Source: Nitrosopumilaceae archaeon
GTDB lineage: Archaea; Thermoproteota; Nitrososphaeria; Nitrososphaerales; Nitrosopumilaceae
NCBI GenBank assembly: GCA_965207375.1
Contig: OZ242274.1
Span: 1,664,001-1,728,000, forward strand
Direction: 5' to 3'
Length of the DNA: 64,000 nucleotides
The notes beneath the pieces were generated by a model. The model worked only from the letters and a program-made list of their open reading frames with translations, was not told where the DNA came from and did not search any database. Below, one piece after another: positions 49,809 to 58,195 of this stretch. The position numbers and the translations under genes were made by a program. Every line of letters begins with the position of its first letter. Position 1 is the stretch's first letter.

Positions 49809-49844
49809 CATTTACGATTTGATAAAATTATTAAATCAATGAAA

Positions 49845-50300
49845 TTATTGTGCAAGCCAACGTGCAAGTGCCTTGTTTTGGTCTGCAATATCTCCAATGT
49901 CCGTATAGTACCAGTTTTGCCAGTCTTTTTCTGGCAGACCCGTAAAGAGCATCAGATTAAGCGGATATTTTTCGCTGTCTGTGCACCGTCTAAAATCGTC
50001 ACGAAATAAAAATGTCGGCTTGCCCAATGCTATTGCTATTCCAAGCTCTATCATGACACCTTCATCAGGAGGTGTGCCGTTGACTACAGCAAATATACCG
50101 TCTGCATCTTTGACATCTTGCATGTCGGCACGGCCTATCTTGTATGGATTACCCAAAGAATCTGCCTGGTTGTTGCGCTCAAAAGGCTCCCAGACATCTG
50201 CACCCATGTCATCTAGTGCTTTTACCAAATCCTGTAGGGGTCCTGCCTTTTGCTGTGCAGAAAATCCGTAAGGGCTTGCAAGGTATAGTGTTTTTTTCAT
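49845..50300 (-). CDS. Nucleoside 2-deoxyribosyltransferase family protein
   Basis: YLASP, DEGVMIELG.A.ALGKP and NLML motifs. Confidence 0.88.
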   Translation of the reverse strand: MKKTLYLASPYGFSAQQKAGPLQDLVKALDDMGADVWEPFERNNQADSLGNPYKIGRADMQDVKDADGIFAVVNGTPPDEGVMIELGIAIALGKPTFLFRDDFRRCTDSEKYPLNLMLFTGLPEKDWQNWYYTDIGDIADQNKALARWLAQ

Positions 50301-50536
50301 GTTGTATATCGTATGTTGGGGTATAATATCATTTAATCAAGAGTTCAGTAGCGCAACGCCAATAAAATCAAGCAGGTATCTGATTGATTTGTAAAGTAAA
50401 GATGTAAATTCTAGGTTTTTGCTTACACCTGATTTGCTCATTATGGATAATTTCCAAGATATAATTAAAAAATGGAAAAGAAGCTAGGCATGGCGTTACT
50501 ATAAAATTTATCTTGACATCAAGGTACTAGAAATTC

Positions 50537-52195
50537 ATGAGTGGAACAAACTCAGATCTCATACCAGTAAGAATGTTGACGCAATTTGCATATTGTAGCC
50601 GACTAGCATACATGGAATGGGTTCAGGGAGAATTTGAATATAATGCTAGTGTAGTGGAAGGGAAATATCAACATAGAAATGTAGACACATCGTCAGGAAA
50701 CAAAAAAATAGAATCACGAAAAGAGGATGAAATAATTCATGCAAGATCTGTTACGATTTCAGATAATAAATTAGGAATGATAGCAAAGACAGATCTGTTA
50801 GAAATACAAGGAAAAAGTGTAACTCCGATAGAGTACAAACATGGCAACGTACCAGATACTCCAGAAAAAACATACAAGGATCATAGAGTGCAGTTGTGCG
50901 CCCAGGCATTACTGCTTCGTGCAAATGGATACCTGTGTACACAGGGAATAGTATACTACATATCGTCCAAACAACGCATCAAAATTGAATTTGATGATCG
51001 TTTAGTAGCAGAGACATTACAAATGATTTATGACATGAAGAAGATGGCACTAGAATCTAAAATACCACCTCCCCTTGTAGATAGTCCAAAATGTCCAGGA
51101 TGTTCGTTGGTAGGAATATGTCTTCCAGATGAGACAAATGTTCTAACAGACGTGATTCAGATCAAAAACGATAACATACGAAGAATGTATCCAATACGAA
51201 ATGATTCTTGGCCCGTACATGTACAAGAACAAGGTGCGTATGTATCATTATTAGGGGATTCAATCAACATAAAATCAAGAAATTCAGAATCAGTAAAGGT
51301 CAGACTTCTTGATGTCTCAGAGCTAAGTGTTTATGGAAATGTCCAGATATCAACACAGGCAATACGAAAGATGTGTGAAAGAGATATTCCGATATCCTAT
51401 CACACGTATGGGGGATGGTTTGTAGGAATGATATCAGGAGCAGTTCATAAAAACATTGAATTACGAATAAACCAGCATAAAAAACACGTCAAAAAGACAG
51501 CATCACTTGCAATAGCTAGGCAATTTGTACACGGTAAAATAAAAAATAGTATTACCATGTTACGTCGAAATCACACAAATCCAGATGAGGTCATAATAAA
51601 TCTTGAACAACTAGCAGAACAAACAAAAACTGTTAAAAAATATGACGTACTTTTAGGAATAGAGGGCCTTGCAGCAAGACATTATTTTTCAGAATTCAAT
51701 GGCATGATAAAGGAAAATCGCGAAACATTTCACTTTACAGACAGAAATAGAAGGCCACCAAAAGATCCAATAAACGCAATGTTGTCTTTTTTGTATGCCA
51801 TGCTAGTTAGACAGGCAGTAGTTACGGTAAGCCAAGTTGGTTTTGATCCATATTTGGGCTTTCTTCACATGCCAAAATATGGAAAACCATCCTTAGCACT
51901 TGACATAATAGAGGAGTTTAGGCCAGTGGTTGCAGATTCAGTTTGTATAACACTCATCAACAACGGCATGATCACACCAAAAGATATGATACAGACAGAG
52001 TTTGGAGTAAATCTAACATCTGATGGACGCCGTAAGGTCATCAAATCATACGAGCATCGCATGGATTCTACCATAAAACATGCTATTTTAGGATACACGG
52101 TAAGCTATAGAAGAGTCATGGAAACACAGGCAAGACTATTAGCAAGACACATATCTGATGAAATTCCAATATATCCAATATTTAGGACGCGATAA
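50537..52195 (+). CDS. cas1: Cas4-Cas1 fusion (type I-G)
   Basis: Cas4 (YCSR, EYKHG, QLCAQ, CPGCSLVGIC) fused to Cas1 (GIEG, RRPPKDPINAMLS, GFLH, LALDIIEEFRP). Confidence 0.95.
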   Translation: MSGTNSDLIPVRMLTQFAYCSRLAYMEWVQGEFEYNASVVEGKYQHRNVDTSSGNKKIESRKEDEIIHARSVTISDNKLGMIAKTDLLEIQGKSVTPIEYKHGNVPDTPEKTYKDHRVQLCAQALLLRANGYLCTQGIVYYISSKQRIKIEFDDRLVAETLQMIYDMKKMALESKIPPPLVDSPKCPGCSLVGICLPDETNVLTDVIQIKNDNIRRMYPIRNDSWPVHVQEQGAYVSLLGDSINIKSRNSESVKVRLLDVSELSVYGNVQISTQAIRKMCERDIPISYHTYGGWFVGMISGAVHKNIELRINQHKKHVKKTASLAIARQFVHGKIKNSITMLRRNHTNPDEVIINLEQLAEQTKTVKKYDVLLGIEGLAARHYFSEFNGMIKENRETFHFTDRNRRPPKDPINAMLSFLYAMLVRQAVVTVSQVGFDPYLGFLHMPKYGKPSLALDIIEEFRPVVADSVCITLINNGMITPKDMIQTEFGVNLTSDGRRKVIKSYEHRMDSTIKHAILGYTVSYRRVMETQARLLARHISDEIPIYPIFRTR

Positions 52196-52198
52196 ATT

Positions 52199-52483
52199 AT
52201 GAGAGATTTGTACTTTGTATGTTATGATGTAAGTGATCCACAAAGACTTGTTAAAACATACAAAAAAATGTGTGGATATGGAGATCCTGTACAATACTCT
52301 GTATTTGCTTGTGATTTAAACGACAAAGAGATCATATATCTAAAAGATGATCTTGGAAAAATTTTGAATTTTAGTGAGGATCGTGTGCTTTTTATCAATA
52401 CAGGACAAATATCAAAGAAAAATAAACAAATCACTACAATGGGTGTGCCACTTAAAAAGAGGGAGAACGTCGTTGTAGTTTAA
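52199..52483 (+). CDS. cas2: Cas2
   Basis: YFVCYDVSD and GDPVQYSVF motifs. Confidence 0.95.
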   Translation: MRDLYFVCYDVSDPQRLVKTYKKMCGYGDPVQYSVFACDLNDKEIIYLKDDLGKILNFSEDRVLFINTGQISKKNKQITTMGVPLKKRENVVVV

Positions 52484-52652
52484 TGCAAGAGGCCATGTGG
52501 CAAAACAGATATGCACAAACACTCGCAAAATCAATATATGGAAAAATAACAACGACATTTACGTATTCATATGAAAGGATGAATAGTGCTAGAAACAGAC
52601 AAGAGGTGTCGGATAACATAATAACCAACAATGATCTCGGCATCAAGTCAGG
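52484..52652 (+). promoter_or_regulatory. CRISPR leader
   Basis: AT-rich non-coding segment between cas2 and the first repeat; the degenerate repeat is at the opposite end of the array. Confidence 0.7.
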
Positions 52653-55369
52653 ATTTCCGTAACGAAAAAGTTACGGCCCCATTGAAGCATTTTTAGAAAG
52701 TAATTTTTTAATTTCCGTAACGAAAAAGTTACGGCCCCATTGAAGCAGAGGATACAAAATATTTTCTAGTGGCTTAACTGGTATTTCCGTAACGAAAAAG
52801 TTACGGCCCCATTGAAGCTTTTTAATGTCGGTATATAGTAATAATGCTAAATCTTCATTTCCGTAACGAAAAAGTTACGGCCCCATTGAAGCAGTGCCAT
52901 TGGTACTAACCACTATATCGGTAGATTCATTTCCGTAACGAAAAAGTTACGGCCCCATTGAAGCATCGGTGACTTAGCCGAAATTTATAACGCCAATAAT
53001 CAAATTTCCGTAACGAAAAAGTTACGGCCCCATTGAAGCATTGGAGCAATCCAGGACGCCGTAAAGGACGGTAAAATTTCCGTAACGAAAAAGTTACGGC
53101 CCCATTGAAGCGGGTATAGTTTCCCCTGTCTTGGGGTGAATAAAGCCATTTCCGTAACGAAAAAGTTACGGCCCCATTGAAGCTATGTTATGCATTAGGT
53201 TATTGAGCTGGCAATCGGTGATTTCCGTAACGAAAAAGTTACGGCCCCATTGAAGCGTGTATTTGCCATGTTGAAATACGGCTCGAAAAAAACCTAATTT
53301 CCGTAACGAAAAAGTTACGGCCCCATTGAAGCAATATCAAAAACACACATGGGGATTTTTGGTGGTGCAATTTCCGTAACGAAAAAGTTACGGCCCCATT
53401 GAAGCAGATCAATATTCTCTTGTTTTACCTCGGAATATAGCTATTTCCGTAACGAAAAAGTTACGGCCCCATTGAAGCCAAAATTATCTGTAAAACCAGA
53501 AACTGAATCAAAGCCATTTCCGTAACGAAAAAGTTACGGCCCCATTGAAGCTAAGCCCTTAATGATATTTCTACCGTGATTGATTGCAATTTCCGTAACG
53601 AAAAAGTTACGGCCCCATTGAAGCGAGAATCGTGCGTATCTGATGCGAGGTTCTGGTATCATATTTCCGTAACGAAAAAGTTACGGCCCCATTGAAGCAG
53701 CTCTTTGTTCTCTTCTTTGACTTCACTATATAGCGATTTCCGTAACGAAAAAGTTACGGCCCCATTGAAGCGAAGTCGATTCTCAAAACCTGCTAAGGAT
53801 TGTTCATATTTCCGTAACGAAAAAGTTACGGCCCCATTGAAGCGAGTTTGTTGATATTACATAGCAGTCCACTATGGCTAATTTCCGTAACGAAAAAGTT
53901 ACGGCCCCATTGAAGCTCTAAACCTCGATTAAATCCCTCTGCATCTAATGCCCATTTCCGTAACGAAAAAGTTACGGCCCCATTGAAGCCATGTATCATC
54001 TAGTATGTCTTGATACTCATACTCTATTTCCGTAACGAAAAAGTTACGGCCCCATTGAAGCGTTGGTTAAAAAATCTTGAACCATTGAGTTATTTGGAAT
54101 TTCCGTAACGAAAAAGTTACGGCCCCATTGAAGCGAGAAGATTTGGAAGTTTTGTTAAAAGTTACAAAAATTATTTCCGTAACGAAAAAGTTACGGCCCC
54201 ATTGAAGCTTAGAATCATGCGAGAAAGTCAAAGAGGTCTTAAAAATTTCCGTAACGAAAAAGTTACGGCCCCATTGAAGCTCATCCAAGCGTAAAAAGAA
54301 TATCACCATACAGTATATTTCCGTAACGAAAAAGTTACGGCCCCATTGAAGCTTTAACTGAGGGACACAAATATTTTGCTCAAATTAGATATTTCCGTAA
54401 CGAAAAAGTTACGGCCCCATTGAAGCTTGCGTTGTTTTCCAGCCCATATCAGCCACAAAAGCTATTTCCGTAACGAAAAAGTTACGGCCCCATTGAAGCA
54501 GTATGGAGTGATAAAAAAGATATGGCTCTATGTGGGATTTCCGTAACGAAAAAGTTACGGCCCCATTGAAGCGCTAATAGGTTTAATTCACCTACTACGC
54601 AAGTTTGCCATTTCCGTAACGAAAAAGTTACGGCCCCATTGAAGCTGATGACCCGTGTGTTGATGGCGTTACCAAATTACTAATTTCCGTAACGAAAAAG
54701 TTACGGCCCCATTGAAGCAGCTAAGGGGTTTAGCAGAAATAGAACCAAAAAAAAATTTCCGTAACGAAAAAGTTACGGCCCCATTGAAGCTTGTAGGCGT
54801 TATCTAGGTCTGGGTTTTCATGGACGGATTTCCGTAACGAAAAAGTTACGGCCCCATTGAAGCGAGCCACAATAGACGCATTGATAATTCAATAATTCTA
54901 ATTTCCGTAACGAAAAAGTTACGGCCCCATTGAAGCAAACACTAACGTTACAGCCACACCAGCGCAAATCACTATTTCCGTAACGAAAAAGTTACGGCCC
55001 CATTGAAGCAAGGGTCTTATTTAGGTTCAAAAATCTACCCTTCAAATTTCCGTAACGAAAAAGTTACGGCCCCATTGAAGCAATCAAATTGTTTCCGGCC
55101 TTGTATTCATCCATAAATTTCCGTAACGAAAAAGTTACGGCCCCATTGAAGCGGAATGAGGAGGAGGCTTATATCAATGTCCACGTCTATATTTCCGTAA
55201 CGAAAAAGTTACGGCCCCATTGAAGCCTTTAGACAGACCATCTGGTTCTACTCCGACCCCCCCATATTTCCGTAACGAAAAAGTTACGGCCCCATTGAAG
55301 GTTTCTGAATCTCTGTGCAGTACCCTCTCTAATATTATTTCCGTAACGAAAAAGTTATGATCTTGAAGC
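52653..55369 (+). CRISPR. CRISPR array: 38 repeats of ATTTCCGTAACGAAAAAGTTACGGCCCCATTGAAGC (36 bp) and 37 spacers
   Basis: Counted manually; hairpin CCGTAAC/GTTACGG; ATTGAAGC 3' handle; spacers ~35-40 nt except the first (22 nt); last repeat degenerate. Confidence 0.98.
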
Positions 55370-55396
55370 ACATATGTTTTAATACTCATTAATCAT

Positions 55397-56614
55397 GTGA
55401 ACAATGTGCAAATTGAAGAGTTTTCAAGTATTGTAGATAATGCTAGCGCAATACGTCGTATCAGGAAACTGCAACCAGTTGGTGGTCAAGGAGATTACAT
55501 TTCACCACCAACATATTTAGACAATGAGAAACCAACACATGTTTTTGAAACACGTCGAATAAATAATAATAACATTACATGTGTCCTGTTAGATAGTGTA
55601 CAATCACAAGCTAACCGATTTGAGGAAGCTCTTCTTGCTGGAATAAGCTCGGATGAATTTCAAATTCCTAATGTAATGGTAGACTTTCAAAAAACATCAG
55701 TTCCTGATATTGGCGTTATTTCTACATTAAGTGCACCTCATCGCATATTTGATGCAATACTACGCGATTCAGAATTGAACGGAGAGTCTTTTTTGGACAG
55801 CGAGATTGGTAAAGCAGTAGAAAACTCAAATTCAACCAATGCTACAGATTTGTTTCGATATTCTCCCACAACCCTTATCTTTGGAGGTTGGAACTCCACG
55901 GGTAAAAGAGGGGGTAATGGTAATAAATTCCAACGATGTATTGTGTCGGAAATAATAGGGGTGAATGTGCCAGTACAACGTTTTAATGACACGAGCGGTA
56001 TTGAACAAATTATTCCTAGTGGTAAAAAGTCATCTAGTAGATTAGATCCGTTAGAAATAGAAAAAATGGATATTTTTAGACCAAAAACCATAAAAAGTGA
56101 TTGGTCACTTTCAAAAGATGAATATTATAACACAAAAACTAAACCGTCAGAGGTAAATCACGGTAATATTCCTCCAATGATTGTGGAACAGGGAGTTACA
56201 ATGGATTATGCAAAACAAGTGACAACGATCACACTTGCAGGGCTACGCCGTCTGCATTTTCCGAATTGTGATAATAATGAGGAAAAAGAGCGCAACGTGT
56301 CCGCATGGATGACTTTAACATCTATTGCTTTATGTGCTATAACACAACAAGACAAGATGGGTTATTCGCTACGATCTAGATGTGATTTATGTCAAGAAAA
56401 AAATAATATTGGATTTGAGGTGATTTACAGTGATGGTGATATCAAAGAGATAGAGATAACTCATAGCGATGCCAAAAGTTTATTGAAAGGTTCTGTAAGT
56501 CTTGCAAAAGAAAAAGGATTGGAATGGGAATCGCAACCTGTTAAACTTACACCGAAAGAAAAGATTGTTGATTTGATAGTAAAGTCACGAAATATAGAAC
56601 CTGACGATGAATAA
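55397..56614 (+). CDS. csb1: Type I-G Cas7 (Csb1)
   Basis: LQPVGG.GD.ISPPTY, LDSVQSQANR.E, APHRIFDAILRDS, LIFGGW, NHGNIPP and LRSRCDL motifs. Confidence 0.92.
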   Translation: MNNVQIEEFSSIVDNASAIRRIRKLQPVGGQGDYISPPTYLDNEKPTHVFETRRINNNNITCVLLDSVQSQANRFEEALLAGISSDEFQIPNVMVDFQKTSVPDIGVISTLSAPHRIFDAILRDSELNGESFLDSEIGKAVENSNSTNATDLFRYSPTTLIFGGWNSTGKRGGNGNKFQRCIVSEIIGVNVPVQRFNDTSGIEQIIPSGKKSSSRLDPLEIEKMDIFRPKTIKSDWSLSKDEYYNTKTKPSEVNHGNIPPMIVEQGVTMDYAKQVTTITLAGLRRLHFPNCDNNEEKERNVSAWMTLTSIALCAITQQDKMGYSLRSRCDLCQEKNNIGFEVIYSDGDIKEIEITHSDAKSLLKGSVSLAKEKGLEWESQPVKLTPKEKIVDLIVKSRNIEPDDE

Positions 56615-56653
56615 AATGACAGCCACATTTAATAAATTTAGGTAAAACTGCTA

Positions 56654-58195
56654 ATGTTTGCTCTAGAGATAGAATACTTGAATGGCGTTTCTTACGCAGC
56701 TAAAAATGAAAAAAATCATATTCCGGAGTGGCCGCCACATCCAGATAGAATATTCATGGCCCTTATTGATGCATGGGGTGAAACAAAGGAGGTTAAAGAA
56801 GCAGATGCGTTACGGTGGCTCGAAAAACAAGAACCACCAGATATTCTGTTTCCTTCAGCAAACCCTCGTCAAATCTTCCAAAATTTTGTGCCCACTTCCA
56901 GCAATGCGACAAAGGGACAGAAATATTTTCAGTCAAAATCAATCTATCAAATAACTTCCAGCATAAAAAGAAAACCCAGATATTTCCCAGCTTCAATATT
57001 GCCAGACAATGAACACACCGTATATGCAGTATGGGAAGATGTTCAACTGTCAAAAGAGAGTTATGATGTATTACTATCAGTCGTTAAACGAGTATATCGT
57101 ATTGGACATTCTGCATCACTAGTAAGGATGAATATAAAGATAAACAAGTTTGCTAGACCTAGCAACATATACACATATGATGAAAAAAATGGTAGTGTTT
57201 TTTTACGCTGTCCATATTCTGGACGGTTTGACGAATTAACAGATAGTTTTGAAAATAATACTATGAAAGAGGATAGTCAATGGAGACCAAATATAGCCAT
57301 AACGAGAGGATATCGTAATCCGCACAGTAGGATAATTCAGAGTAAAATGAGCAGTGACTGGGTTATACTTTCATGTAAGGGTTTTTTTACGAATTCACCA
57401 AATAGTAATGATTTACATGATAAAGTACAACACGTACCAAGTTTCACACCAGACATACGAGTATTTCCACATATAGCAAAAAAAATGAGAGATATGTTGA
57501 TGTCATACATAAGACCTGAATCAATACATGAGGTCATTTCTGGACACAGCACTAACGGCACTGTATTACAAAAACCTCACCTTGCCATATTGCCATTAGC
57601 TAATGTTGGATGGCAGAAATTTTCAGATGGCAGGCTTTTAGGTGTTGCTTTGGTACTTCCTAGAGATTCCACATATGGTACAGTAGAAAGGAGACAGCTA
57701 AAACAAGCCATCTCCAAGTTTTTGGAGAATAACTCGGATGTAAAAAAGCAGAGTCAAAGTACTGAAAATGGAATACTTAATGTGTCTGACATAGGGAAAC
57801 TAAAATTTTCAAACACCAATCAGGATAGAAGTTCATTGTCACCTGACAGATACGTGAGTAAAAGTAAGTCTTGGAACACCGTAACGCCATTAATACTAGA
57901 TCATTATCCAAAAAAAAATAAGAAACCAGAAGATATAGTGAGGACAAGTTGTGAAAACGTAGGACTTCCAAAACCCATATCAGTACATATTTCGCGACAT
58001 TCGAATGTTATTGGAGTGCCTCCGGCGTTTATTTCAGAGAAGGGTTGGAGATCACCAAAAAAAGGCCTGTTTGATAACAGGTTTGTATGTCATGCCTCGC
58101 TATCCTTTTCAGAGGATGTAGAGGGGCCCATAATCCTTGGTGCTGGAAGATATTATGGTTTAGGACTCTTCATTAAAGATAGAGGTGACGGATAA
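56654..58195 (+). CDS. csb2: Type I-G Cas5/Cas6 fusion (Csb2)
   Basis: EWPPHPDR.F.AL, ALRWLE, IGHSASLV and C-terminal GPIILGAGRYYGLGLF motifs. Confidence 0.92.
   Translation: MFALEIEYLNGVSYAAKNEKNHIPEWPPHPDRIFMALIDAWGETKEVKEADALRWLEKQEPPDILFPSANPRQIFQNFVPTSSNATKGQKYFQSKSIYQITSSIKRKPRYFPASILPDNEHTVYAVWEDVQLSKESYDVLLSVVKRVYRIGHSASLVRMNIKINKFARPSNIYTYDEKNGSVFLRCPYSGRFDELTDSFENNTMKEDSQWRPNIAITRGYRNPHSRIIQSKMSSDWVILSCKGFFTNSPNSNDLHDKVQHVPSFTPDIRVFPHIAKKMRDMLMSYIRPESIHEVISGHSTNGTVLQKPHLAILPLANVGWQKFSDGRLLGVALVLPRDSTYGTVERRQLKQAISKFLENNSDVKKQSQSTENGILNVSDIGKLKFSNTNQDRSSLSPDRYVSKSKSWNTVTPLILDHYPKKNKKPEDIVRTSCENVGLPKPISVHISRHSNVIGVPPAFISEKGWRSPKKGLFDNRFVCHASLSFSEDVEGPIILGAGRYYGLGLFIKDRGDG

Noticed and set aside
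50450-50484. Repeat-like 35-mer (ATTTCC...GAAGC) upstream of cas4/1 as a possible CreA/scaRNA-type element
   Set aside because: Only the terminal 5-6 nt match the CRISPR repeat and no second repeat or target was found; compatible with chance in AT-rich DNA.
52653-55369. Self-targeting spacers
   Set aside because: No full-length match noticed by eye within the window (only a short coincidental match of spacer 6 to cas1); not exhaustively tested.
54067-55389. Minus-strand ORFs within the array
   Set aside because: Translations of CRISPR repeats and spacers.
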